64,000 bases of DNA. Source: Eledone cirrhosa (taxonomy: Eukaryota). Within the stretch, counting starts at the first letter, position 1. Each line of letters starts with the position of its first letter. The stretch spans positions 62,001-126,000 of the forward strand of contig CAXHJY010000262.1 of assembly GCA_964016885.1 (NCBI GenBank), read 5' to 3'. The notes below the pieces were generated by a model. The model worked only from the letters and a program-made list of their open reading frames with translations. It ran no database searches and was not told the DNA's origin. Shown here piece by piece: positions 1 to 13,586 of the stretch. The position numbers and the translations under genes were made by a program.

Positions 1-1519
1 AAGCCTTTGACAGAGTTCCACGTGCAGTAATCTGGTGGGCTCTTAGAAAACTAGGAGTAGATGAATGGCTTGTGAAAGCGGTACAAGCCATGTATAGGGG
101 AGCAGTCAGCAAAGTTAGGATTGGCAATGAGTATAGCGAGGAATTTAGCGTACAGGTTGGGGTCCACCAGGGCTCTGTTCTTAGCCCTCTCCTGTTCATC
201 ATAGTCCTGCAGGCAATAACGGAGGAGTTTAAGACCGGATGCCCATGGGAACTCCTGTATGCTGATGACCTCGCACTCATAGCTGAATCTATGGTAGAAC
301 TAGAGAATAAATTCCAAACCTGGAAGCAGGGACTAGAGAGAAAGGGCCTCAAAGTCAACATGACAAAGACTAAGGTCCTTATAAGTAGACGAGAAAACAG
401 AACCCAGATCCCCTCAGGGAAATGGCCTTGCTCAGTATGTAGGAAAGGTGTAGGTAGGAACTCCATTCTTTGCCCCAAATGCAAACAATGGGTACACAAG
501 AGATGTAGCGGGATCTCAGGAAGCTTAATTAAGAATGTAGGATTCACATGCAGCAGCTGTGCTGAAACAGCAAGCAAACAGCCACAGGAAACAAGTACCA
601 CCAATCTCTGGGAGGGCCCTGTAGAAACAGTAGACAGCTTCTGCTACCTAGGTGACCGAATTAGCAACGGAGGTGGGTGCTCAGAAAGTACAATAACTAG
701 GGTAAGAACGGGATGGAAGAAGTTTAGGGAACTACTACCACTGCTAGCTGCAAAAGGCTTCTCCCTCAGAATGAAAGGCAGACTGTATGATGCGTGTATC
801 CGAACAGCGATGTTGCATGGTAGTGAGACCTGGGCGCTGAAGGTGGAAGACTTACGTAGATTAGAGAGAAACGAAGCCTGCATGCTCCGATGGATGTGTA
901 ACAGTAATATACGTGAACGACAAAGCATAAATGAATTGAGAGAGAGACTGAGCATAAGAGGAATCAAATGCTGCGTGCAGGAGAGGCGGTTACGCTGGTA
1001 TGGACATGTGATGCGTATGAAGGATGACAGCTGCATAAAAAGGTGCAGAGCACTAGAAGTTGATGGAAACCGCGGAGTGGGGAGACCCAAGATGACTTGG
1101 GATGAGGTGATAAGAGCCGACCTTACCCAACTACACCTCTCAAAGTCAATGACACACGACCGTGACTTCTGGCGTCACGCAGTAATACAGGGTACCCGAC
1201 CTCCCATGGGTACATGCTGAAGCATATAAACAATATGCCCCCCCCCCCCCACCGCAAGGTGGTCGTGGAGGTGCCACGGCAAAAAAGCACCCAGCCCACA
1301 CTGTAAAGTGGACGTGTAGGCGCCACGAAAAAGCACCCAGCACTCACTGTAAATGAGGTTGGTGTTAGGAAGGGCATCCAGCTGTAGAAATCAAGCCAGA
1401 TCAGTTCCTGTATGAGCAAGGCATGGTCAGCCGACCAGACACTGCCCACAACAGGACAACCCGTCTAACCCATGCTAGCGTGGAAGAACGGACGTAAAAC
1501 GGTGATGATGTGATGATGA
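1..1519 (+). mobile_element. RTE-clade LINE copy A (3' half, cut by window edge): RT C-terminal part, PHD-like finger, 3' UTR and (GAT)n tail
   Basis: ORF 72..1220 has [10 protein letters not shown] and YADD RT motifs and the RTE-type MLHGSETW and RRLRWYGHV motifs; 3' UTR ends GTAAAACGGTGATGATG before (TA)n. Confidence 0.93.
72..1220 (+). CDS. RTE LINE ORF, partial reverse transcriptase plus C4HC3 PHD-like finger
   Basis: [27 protein letters not shown]; frame is open from the window start. Confidence 0.85.
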   Translation: MKAVQAMYRGAVSKVRIGNEYSEEFSVQVGVHQGSVLSPLLFIIVLQAITEEFKTGCPWELLYADDLALIAESMVELENKFQTWKQGLERKGLKVNMTKTKVLISRRENRTQIPSGKWPCSVCRKGVGRNSILCPKCKQWVHKRCSGISGSLIKNVGFTCSSCAETASKQPQETSTTNLWEGPVETVDSFCYLGDRISNGGGCSESTITRVRTGWKKFRELLPLLAAKGFSLRMKGRLYDACIRTAMLHGSETWALKVEDLRRLERNEACMLRWMCNSNIRERQSINELRERLSIRGIKCCVQERRLRWYGHVMRMKDDSCIKRCRALEVDGNRGVGRPKMTWDEVIRADLTQLHLSKSMTHDRDFWRHAVIQGTRPPMGTC

Positions 1520-1526
1520 TATATAC

Positions 1527-1625
<99 letters not shown>

Positions 1626-2098
1626 CATATATATATACATATATATACATATATATATACATATATATACACATATATATATACATATATATATACATAT
1701 ATATATACATATATACATACATATATATATACATATATACATATATAAATACATATATATATACATACATATATATATACATATATACATATATAAATAC
1801 ATATATATATACATATATATATACATATATATATATATACATATATATACATATATATATATATATATACATATATACATATATATATACATATATATAT
1901 ATATATACATATATATATACATATATACATATATATATACATATATATATACATATATATATACATATATACATATATATATACATATATATATACATAT
2001 ATATATACATATATATATATACATATATATATACATATATATACATATATATATACATATATACATATACATATATATATACATATATATATATATAC

Positions 2099-2129
<31 letters not shown>

Positions 2130-2163
2130 CATATATCTATACATATATATATACATATATATA
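1520..2163. repeat. (TA)n/(TATACA)-type microsatellite
   Basis: Direct inspection. Confidence 0.97.
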
Positions 2164-2506
2164 TCATCATTCATCATCATTTCATTTTACGTCCACTTTT
2201 CCCTGCTTGCAAGGGTGGGACGGGAACTGATTCTGGCTTGATTTCTACAGCTGGATGCCCTTCCTAACACCAACCTCATTTACAGTGAGTGCTGGGTGCT
2301 TTTTTTGCCGTGGCACCTCCACGACCACTTTACAGTGGAATGATATGGACCCCAGTCCCTATCATCTCATTTCTACAGCTGAGTAAACTGGAGCAATGTG
2401 AAATAAAGTGCCTTGCTCAAGGAAACAACACATCACCCGGTCTGAGAATTGAACTCACAACCTTTCGATTGCAAGGCCAATGCTCTAACCACTAAGCCAT
2501 GTGCCT

Positions 2507-2508
<2 letters not shown>
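2164..2508 (-). mobile_element. tRNA-derived SINE with CORE-like middle and RTE-derived 3' tail
   Basis: Minus strand: A box TGGCTTAGTGG, B box GAGTTCAATTC, CCTTGAGCAAGGCACTT block, tail matching RTE A 3' UTR, (GAT)n end; near-identical to 6449-6799. Confidence 0.85.
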
Positions 2509-2852
<344 letters not shown>

Positions 2853-3462
2853 GGTGGCTGCCAACTCGTTTTCGAGTACGGCCACTACTTTATATCCATG
2901 TAGGAGAACCCCTACTGATGCGCTGAACGAGTGTGACTTTTTAGTCCAGCCAGCGACTTGAAAGCTCTGGTACAAACACTACACTTGTGACAATTATTGA
3001 CACATAGTGCTGGGCCCATGGTACCATGTGACGACAAATGCAGAGAGATCTCCAGATATAAAGCAATGCCTGTGCCGTGAAGCTTTTATAGTGAGCAAAG
3101 GCACTGCACAAAGCCAGTCCCACTCTCTTAACCAAGATGATATTTACCAAAAAGAAGAACAAGTCAACATCATTGGATACCATCAGGGTTGCAGGTGTTA
3201 TATCAGAGTTTTCCTTCTCCTAGAATTCTGCCTTGACAAAGGCTAAGGGGTCATCTCTCCCGGTGATTTTGGATGGCCATTGACTCTTAAGAGCTCCTTT
3301 GCCTTTTGACAGGTTTTGTTTTTAGTCCTGCAGGATGTCCAAAGTCACCCTCCTCACCAAGAAACCTTGGTGGGGTTGCCAGTTTAGTCGCCAACGACCC
3401 GACCATGGGACAGGTTGTACTGGAATACATGTTACCAGTAGCACCAACTGGTGACCTGACAT
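2853..3462 (-). mobile_element. Probable non-LTR element 5'-UTR-like or SINE-like fragment between (TA)n tracts
   Basis: Minus strand has TCTAGGAGAAGGAAAACTCTGA, a motif I recall from RTE 5' UTRs and derived repeats; no ORF support. Confidence 0.4.
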
Positions 3463-3463
3463 A

Positions 3464-3538
<75 letters not shown>

Positions 3539-3590
3539 TATGTATATGTATGTATATGTATATGTATGTATATGTATATGTATGTAAATG

Positions 3591-3627
<37 letters not shown>

Positions 3628-3775
3628 CCTCAGTGTATACTGATTAATGTTCAGAGCCATCCTCAGCATTCTCGTGTAGCACTCAGAGCTGTATGGGAGC
3701 ATCCCAAAAGTCAGCTCAAAAGTGACACAGAGGAGACTGAGGTTAGCTGGACATGCTCACCTTAGTCTCCTCTGT
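3628..3775. mobile_element. Rearranged RTE-type RT C-terminal fragment (different family from A-F) ending in a fold-back hairpin
   Basis: Minus strand encodes [12 protein letters not shown]; plus strand encodes [23 protein letters not shown]; 21-bp inverted repeat at 3727-3775. Confidence 0.6.
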
Positions 3776-4271
3776 TTATTTTAATTTAATCTATGTTATT
3801 TGATTTTAGTTTACCTTATTTTATCTTATTTTACGATTATACTATATTATGTTCTATGTATATAATTTTTAATTTTTAATTTTATATTATTTTATCTCAT
3901 TCCTTACCCTATATTTTATATTTTATATGTAAGTTTGTTATGTATTTCTTTGTATTTCTTTTTATATATATTATAAGTTTGTTTTTCACCTATTTTTTAC
4001 CTACTCTTACCTAATCCCATTATCTTATCTACTCTTGTCTGTTCTCTTATCCATGTGTCTACTCTTGTCTGTTCTCTTATCCATGTGTATGCTTGTATGT
4101 AACTATATGTTGACAGCACCCCGCCCAACTGTGACTGATAGCACCCCTTATTTTTATTTTTATTTTTATTTTTACTTTTATTTTTATCTTTATTCTTATC
4201 CTCTATTATTACCTTTCATTCTTCAATGTCTTGGATTTGTTATTGCTTGTATGGTATGTAATTAACCTTTA

Positions 4272-4317
4272 TGCTCTGATGAGTCCCACTTATAGTGCGG
4301 ATGAAACAATGTTAGCA
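4272..4317 (+). ncRNA. Minimal type-I hammerhead ribozyme motif HH1
   Basis: TGCT-CTGATGA-GTCC.CACT(TAT)AGTG.C.GGAT-GAAA-CAATGT-T-AGCA: stems I, II and short III around an intact core. Confidence 0.75.
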
Positions 4318-4363
4318 AGTAAAGATATGCATATGCTATAAGCGTTCTTTGTTATTTATTTAT

Positions 4364-5890
<1,527 letters not shown>

Positions 5891-6123
5891 GTGAAGGCGT
5901 GTGGCTGAGTGGTTAGAGAATTGTATTCGCAATCGTAAGGTTGTGAGTTCGATTCCTGGACCAGGCGATGCGTTATGTCCTTGAGCAAGACACTTTATTT
6001 CACGTTGCTCCTTCTACCTGGAGTTGCGACCGATAGATAGTATTAGCAATTGGAAAGACCAACGGAAACATTGTTCCCTCGGTCCGATTTGACAAAAAAG
6101 TTGATCGTTCAAAAAAAAAAAAA
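5891..6123 (+). mobile_element. tRNA-derived SINE with CORE-like block and a non-RTE tail
   Basis: A box TGGCTGAGTGG, B box GAGTTCGATTC, TCCTTGAGCAAGACACTT; inverted copy at 43878-44097. Confidence 0.8.
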
Positions 6124-6319
6124 TATATATATATGTATATATATATATGTATGTATATATATATATGTATATATATATATGTATATATATATATGTATGT
6201 ATGTATATATATATATGTATATATATGTATGTATATATATATATGTATATATATATATGTATGTATATATATATATGTATATATATGTATGTATATATAT
6301 ATATGTATATATATATATG

Positions 6320-6351
<32 letters not shown>

Positions 6352-6371
6352 TGTATGTATATATATATATG

Positions 6372-6416
<45 letters not shown>

Positions 6417-6436
6417 GTATATATATATATGTATAT
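6124..6436. repeat. (TA)n/(TATG) microsatellite
   Basis: Direct inspection. Confidence 0.97.
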
Positions 6437-6448
6437 AACCACTAACCA

Positions 6449-6799
6449 TGGAGGCACATGGCTTAGTGGTTAGAGCATTGGCCTTGCAATCGAAAGGTTG
6501 TGAGTTCAATTCTCAGACCGGGTGATGTGTTGTTTCCTTGAGCAAGACACTTTATTTCACATTGCTCCAGTTTACTCAGCTGTAGAAATGAGATGATAGG
6601 GACTGGGGTCCATATCATTCCACTGCAAAGTGGACGTGTAGGCGCCACGGAAAAAAAAAAGCACGCAGCACTCACTGTAAATGAGGTTGGTGTTAGCAAG
6701 GGCATCCAGCTGTAGAAATCAAGCCAGAATCAGTTCCCGTCCCACCCTTGCAAGCAGGGAAAAGCGGACATAAAATGAAATGATGATGATGATGATGAT
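6449..6799 (+). mobile_element. tRNA-derived SINE with CORE-like middle and RTE-derived (GAT)n tail
   Basis: A/B boxes; tail CACTGTAAATGAGGTTGGTGTTAG..GGGCATCCAGCTGTAGAAA shared with RTE 3' UTR. Confidence 0.87.
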
Positions 6800-7291
<492 letters not shown>

Positions 7292-8254
7292 GTAGACACA
7301 GAGCTCTGGTTAGATACCATTAACAACCAAAAACAAATCCTCCATTCCCATTATGCCAAACCCATGACTTCCAAACATCTGATCCACCGAAACTCGGCCA
7401 TTTCGGACCATACCAAAATCAACATACTGATTGCGGATTTGGTACGGGTGATGAGAAATGTGTCCCGCATGTGCAACCCCGAAGAACTAGAGAGACACAT
7501 ACAACACTTCATCCACCGTATGCAGTTCTCTGGCTACAATCAGAGAGATAGAATCAGAGTGTATAAAGGAGCTAGAACCAAATGGGAAAAAATGGTAAAT
7601 AATGACATAAATGGGACCTGCCCCTTGTATAGGAGCAAATTTTGGAATAGAATAGAAAGAACTAGGAACAAGGCCAATAGAATAAACTCATGGTATGATA
7701 GCAATAAATACCAGAGTGTAATGTTCATCAATACAACCCCTAGAGGCGAACTAGCCTACAAATTTAGAAGGGCCCTAAATAAACATAATCTCAATATTAA
7801 GATAGTAGAAAGACCTGGTACCTCCGTAAAAACACTTATTAGCAAGACATACCCGTTCCAAAGACCCTCATGTATAGATAAGAAATGTATAACCTGTAAA
7901 ATAAGCCCCCATATTAACTGTAAAACTAGAAATGTAGTGTATAGCATAAGATGTACTGAAGGACAATGTAGAAACAAAAATATAGTGTACATAGGTGAGA
8001 CAGCTCGTAGTATAGGGGAACGAATAAATGAACACTGGCGAGACCTCCAAGATAACAAAGAATCATCTGTGCTCTACCAACATGCTAAGATAGAACACAG
8101 GGGTAGATTAGAGAGCATAGAAATAAAAATAGAATCCACGCACAGAAAAGACGCAATGTTTAGGCAAATTACAGAGGCAGTAAGCATAAAAGAATTAAAA
8201 CCAAAATTAAATAGAAAATACGAGTGGAACAGCAACATCACAACTTACAATTAA
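7292..8254 (+). CDS. Penelope-like element ORF, 5'-truncated: RT thumb region plus GIY-YIG endonuclease
   Basis: [14 protein letters not shown] thumb-region motif, Cys cluster [49 protein letters not shown]; uninterrupted for about 320 aa. Confidence 0.88.
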   Translation, partial: VDTELWLDTINNQKQILHSHYAKPMTSKHLIHRNSAISDHTKINILIADLVRVMRNVSRMCNPEELERHIQHFIHRMQFSGYNQRDRIRVYKGARTKWEKMVNNDINGTCPLYRSKFWNRIERTRNKANRINSWYDSNKYQSVMFINTTPRGELAYKFRRALNKHNLNIKIVERPGTSVKTLISKTYPFQRPSCIDKKCITCKISPHINCKTRNVVYSIRCTEGQCRNKNIVYIGETARSIGERINEHWRDLQDNKESSVLYQHAKIEHRGRLESIEIKIESTHRKDAMFRQITEAVSIKELKPKLNRKYEWNSNITTYN

Positions 8255-8522
8255 GGACAAAATGAAAACACACACACACATAGAACAAACAACTTACAAT
8301 TGAAAACACACACAAAATGAAAACACACACACACATAGAACAAACAACCAACCAACAATAAATAAATAAATAAATAAACAAATAGAAAAATGAACACAAA
8401 CACACACAGACACCCGGATGTGGCACATGCGCAAACTGAGCACACAACACACACACAGAAACAAAATGGCGTAGGATAGAAGAAAGAAAAGGCACAGAAA
8501 CGAAGAGAAGAAAGGAATCCCC

Positions 8523-8567
8523 AGTCACTGAAGAGGTCACAGAGTGTGTGACGAAAGGACTATGACT
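8523..8567 (+). ncRNA. Minimal type-I hammerhead ribozyme motif HH2 (Penelope 3' region)
   Basis: AGTCA-CTGAAGA-G-GTCAC(AGAGTGT)GTGAC-GAAA-GGAC-TA-TGACT. Confidence 0.8.
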
Positions 8568-8810
8568 ATATATATAAACAACTATCTGGTTGTGGAACCA
8601 ACCAACCAACCAGAAATTTATAAGTTTGTAGATTTGTAAATTTATAAATTTATAAATATATAATAAATTGAAGTGAAAGCAACTGGTGCGTGTGTTTCTT
8701 ATTGGCAACATGACCCTCCCAAAGTATAACAATATCGGTTTCAACACACGATTTCAGATAAAGAATCTTGCTAAACAAATTCAGAAACGAAATATATATA
8801 TATATATATG

Positions 8811-8847
<37 letters not shown>

Positions 8848-8896
8848 GCATATATATATGTATATATATATGTATATATATATATATATATATACA

Positions 8897-9367
8897 TCTC
8901 CTCTGCAGTCACAGCCCATGTAGCACCACATGTACCCTGCAGTCACAGCCCATGTTTCACCACCATGTAGCATCACATTTCCCCTGCAGTCACAGCCCAT
9001 GTTTACCTACCATGTAGCACCACATGTCCTCTGCAGTCACGGCCCATGTTTCACTACCATGTAGCACCCCATGTCCTATACAGTCACAGCCCATGTTTCA
9101 CTACCATGTAGCACCACACGTCCCCTGCGGTCACAACCCATGTTTCACTACTATGTAGCACCACATGTGCCCTGTAGTCACAGCCCATGTTTCGCTACCA
9201 TGTAGCACCACATATACTCTGCAGTCACAGCCCATGTTTCACTACCATGTCGCACCACATGTCCCCTGCAGTCACAGCCCATGTTTCACTACTATGTAGC
9301 ACCACATCTCTGCAGTCACAGCCCATGTAGCACCACATGTACCCTGCAGTCACAGCCCATGTTTCAC
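8897..9367 (-). repeat. 47-bp minisatellite (about 10 units) derived from RTE coding motif
   Basis: Unit CTGCAGTCACAGCCCATGTTTCACTACCATGTAGCACCACATGTCCC; minus strand reads [13 protein letters not shown]. Confidence 0.85.
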
Positions 9368-9379
9368 CTAATACGTCTC

Positions 9380-12300
9380 TAATATGTGAAACCTCCCAAA
9401 CCAGAAACACTTCTCCATTATTGAAGGTGACTTCATTGGACCTGTGGGGAGACAAAGTGATAGGTACCATGGGGTCCACAGAGGTTTCAAGTTTGGCACA
9501 AGAAATGAGGAAGAGCTGAGACTCCTGGAATTCTGTGACATCAACAAACTGACTATTTGCAATACAAACTTTAAGAAAACAGCAAATTAACTAATCACCT
9601 ATAGTTCAGGGGAGCACACAAGCCATATTGTCTATATCCTCACCAGAAGACAAGATAAAGTGATGGCTGTAAACACAAAAATCATCCTGGATGAGGATTG
9701 CACCTCCCAACATAACCTGGTAGTCAGCATCTTTAGAGTCAGAACCAGAGATGGAGGGCAACCTGGAGGAGAAGGATATGGAAGCTGAGGGAGCTCCCAG
9801 CTCATAACAAATTCAGGAGATTCTTACTTGATGTCTTTGATAGCAAGGAAGAAGAAATAAAGACGATATAGAGGAGCAGTGGGGGGTTTCTGAGAGATAA
9901 CCTGCTGAAAGTGACGAGATCTGTGGATGGAACAAGGCCCCAGAGAGGAGGAGTAGAGCCACGTGATGGTGGAATAGTAAGGTGGATGAAGTAATTAAAG
10001 CCAAAAGACAGCCATGGAAAAACAAAGGTAGCAGGTAGCCCTATGAAGAAGCTAGAGAGAGGCTAGGTGGAAAGTATACCGGGCAAGGAGAGAAAATGAA
10101 AAGTTTAAGTATGTTTTAGAATGTGAAGACCAAAAATAAGAGGTGTCCAGGATTGTAAAGCTATGTGTCAAGGAAAACCATGATGTTATCGGGGAGAAAT
10201 ACATTCCTAACAACAATGGCTCCTCTTACCCTCACTGACACTGAAAAGAAAGCTGCTTGGAGATGTTGCTATGAGGAGCTGATGAACAAGGAAAATACAT
10301 GGGAGGTAAACAGCCTGCCCCATGTGTACCCAGCAGAAGGCCCAGCTGTAAGTAGCAGCCTAGTAAGTAAGGCAATTAAGAAGATGAAGATGGGTAAAGC
10401 AGCCAGGCCATTGGGAGTAGTTGCTGAGATGTTGAAAGTATCTGGGACGGTGGGACACACCCTAACTAACCTTGTTGTAAACCAAGTAATACAGAATGGT
10501 GTCATTCCCAGTGACTGGAATAGCAACATCATCGTCAACTGTTACAAAGGAAAAGGAGATGCCCTAGAGAGAACTACAGAGGTATCAAGCTGAATAAGCA
10601 GTTCATGAAAGTTATAGATCTTTGATACTTACATCCTACCAGTTGTGTTATATGGTCTTGACTGTGGTAACTGAATGACAAGGTCACTTGAGAAGCTCTC
10701 TACATTCCAGAACCACATCATGAGACTTATGACTGGCAAGTAGCTCAGCAACTGTATCTGTATCAGTGAGCTGCTCAACATTACCAAACTTAAACCAATT
10801 AAATCAATTGTCAAGTCAAGAGTACTCAAACTATATGGTCATATAAAAAGATCAACTCGTGGCATGAGTAGGTTATGTCTGGAATGAAGGTTGGTTGGTA
10901 AGAAGCAAGGGCCAGCAGCCAAAACGATGGCTTGACAATGTCAACTTATGGACTGGACTTGACCTTTGCTCCTTAAACTCTGCTGTTGGTGATAAAAAGG
11001 TACTATATATTGCTGGAAGGAAGGTTGGCTGGTAAGAGAAGCAGAGGCCGGTAGCCAAAACGATTGTTTGATAATGTCAACTTATAGACTTGACCTTCAC
11101 TCTTTAAACTCTGCTGTTGGTAATAAAAAGGTATTATGTATTCCTGGAAGGAAGGTTGGGGCTGGTAAGAGAAGCAGAGGCCGGTAGCCAAATCGATGGC
11201 TTGATAATGTCAACTTATGGACTTGATCTTTGCTCTTTAAACTCTGCTCTTGGTGATCAAAAGGTATTATATATTTCTGGAAGGATGGTTGGCTGGTAAG
11301 AGAAGCAGAGGCCGGCAGCCAAAACGATTGTTTGTTAATGTCAACTTATGGACTTGATCTTTGCTCTTTAAACTCTGCTGCTGGTGATTGAACTTTGTGG
11401 AGAAAATATCTCATGTTGATGTGCAGTCTGCAACTGGTGGAGTTTAGCGTCACGAGAATTACACAACTAATTAATGATTGTATACACCTAAATGGGATGC
11501 AGTTTGGATTTGTGCCAGGAAAAAGCACACCCGAAACCCTCTTATTTGTGAAGCAAATGCAGGAGAAGTACCTTGGTAAAAGCAAGCCACTCTACTTAGC
11601 ATTTGTAGGCCTAGAGAAAGTGTTTGACAGAGTACCTGGACCCCTAAACTGGTGGGACCTCAGCAAACAAGGGGTAGATGAGTGGCTCGTGAGATCAGCA
11701 CAAGTCATGTAAATGAGGTGGGGACACCAGCAAAGTTAAAATCAACAATGAGTACTGTGAGGAATTCAGTATACAGGTGGAGGTCCATTAGGGTTCCATC
11801 TTTAGCCCCCTCCTCTTTAATATTGTCCTACAGGCTATAACAGAGGAATTTAAGACTGGTTGCTCATGGGAAATCCTATATGCTGACAACCTGACCCTCT
11901 TAGCCAAGTCTATGACAGAAGTAGAGAAGAAATATCAGACATGGAGGCACAACTTGGAAACAAAAGGTCTCAGGGCTCTGATCCCCTCAGGGAAATGGCC
12001 CTGCTCAGTATGGAGGAAAGGAGTAGGTAGAAATTCAATCCAGTGTCCCAAATGCAAACTGTGGGTACACAAGAGATGTAGTGGGAAAACAGGCAGGCTA
12101 GCAAAATACACAGACTTTATATGTGGACCCTGCACAGGGGTAGTAAGCAAAGGCCCTCAGAAAGTAAGCCTCTTCATTTGCACAGAGGACCCCATAGAAA
12201 TAGTTAAGAGCTTCTGCTATCTGGGTAACCAAATCAGCTGCGGAGTTGGTTATGCAGAAAGTACAGTTGCCAGAGTAAAAGCAGGATGTAAAAAGTTCAG

Positions 12301-12597
12301 GGAGTTACTGCCATTGCTACCTACAAAAGGTCTCTCACTCAAGATAAAAGGCAAGCTGTACAATATCTGTGTGTACAAAGCAATACTACATGGAAGTGAA
12401 ACATGGGCTCTGTGTGCCAAGGATCTATAGAGATTGGAAAGAAACAAAGCCTGCATGTTACAATGGATGTGTAACAGTAGTTTGTGGGAACAGCAAAACA
12501 TAAATGAATTGAGAATGAAACTGGGCATAAGAGGGATCAAATGCTGTCTGCAGGAGAGAAGATTGCAGATGTATGGACATGTGATGTGTATGTAGCA
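9380..12597 (+). mobile_element. Degenerate RTE LINE copy B (end of APE, RT, PHD-like finger) with many stops and an internal insertion
   Basis: Fragments [60 protein letters not shown] spread over several frames. Confidence 0.85.
10625..11390 (+). repeat. 3' end of a second RTE-like LINE inserted in copy B; its last ~132 bp are tandemly repeated about 4 times (10880-11390)
   Basis: ILPVVLYG..KLYGHIKR-like translation, then repeated EGRLAGKRSRGR.PKR..DNV units starting at 10881, 11015, 11146 and 11279. Confidence 0.7.
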
Positions 12598-13006
12598 AGC
12601 TACTTTCCTTTGGCTCATTGATACCCTTTCTGTACGTTGTTTGGCTAAGTTTAGCCAATCGCTATCAGCGTAAGGATATGTATCTCAACTTCCTCCTAAA
12701 TGGAGAAATTCTCACTTCTTTTTAATAAATTAATCCTCTTGCAGCTTGACTTTGCTAAAGTAAACAACCATTTGCTTTTGTTCTGCAAACATCATTCCAA
12801 TATGTAACTATAAAACATTTCCGCGGCCTGGCTTCTCACTTCAGCCACTGGACCGTGTCTTCTCTTACAGATCTTAATTTGTTTGTTCATTTCTTTTGGC
12901 ATTCCAACCAACCAAGCTTAATCCAGCTCTTTCACCTTAAACATTGTTAATAAATTCTGTTACAACGAACTACACATGTTGTCGTTAACATCATTGTTAC
13001 ATATTC

Positions 13007-13586
13007 TGGTTATATATTACATGCTGCTAAAAGTAATACTATACCTCTAAACTAGTTATATATTACATGCTGCTAAAAGTAATACTATACTTCTAAACTA
13101 GTTATATATTACATGCTACTAAAAGTAATACTATACTTCTAAACTGGTTATATATTACACACTGCTAAAAGTAATACTATACCTCTAAACTGGTTATATA
13201 TTACACACTGCTAAAAGTAATACTATACCTCTAAACTAGTTATATATTACATGCTGCTAAAAGTAATACTATACTTCTAAACTAGTTATATATTACATGC
13301 TGCTAAAAGTAATACTATACTTCTAAACTAGTTATATATTACATGCTACTAAACGTAATACTATACTTCTAAACTGGTTATATATTACACACTGCTAAAA
13401 GTAATACTATACCTCTAAACTAGTTATATATTACACACTGCTAAAAGTAATACTATACCTCTAAACTGGTTATATATTACACACTGCTAAAAGTAATACT
13501 ATACCTCTAAACTGGTTATATATTACACACTGCTGAAAGTAATACTATACCTCTAAACTAGTTATATATTACATGCTGCTAAAAGT
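13007..13586. repeat. 46-bp minisatellite (about 12.5 units)
   Basis: Unit TAGTTATATATTACATGCTGCTAAAAGTAATACTATACTTCTAAAC. Confidence 0.95.

Larger units (their letters stand above)
7292..8650 (+). mobile_element. Penelope-like retroelement, 5'-truncated, inserted in (TA)n; 3' region carries a hammerhead
   Basis: GIY-YIG ORF, A/AC-rich 3' UTR and hammerhead at 8523-8567; 3' boundary approximate. Confidence 0.8.

Noticed and set aside
644-1090. Antisense ORFs over RTE, Gypsy and ZNF coding regions (e.g. 644-1090, 22002-22637, 28965-29597, 49600-49998)
   Set aside because: Shadow frames of real coding sequence with no independent motifs
6449-6520. tRNA gene-like sequences (also 2440-2508, 5895-5960, 44030-44097, 45655-45720)
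   Set aside because: Imperfect cloverleaf continuing into SINE bodies; these are SINE heads
8735-8770. Minus-strand CTGAAAT...GAAAC string near the Penelope end
   Set aside because: Core is incomplete and stems do not form convincingly
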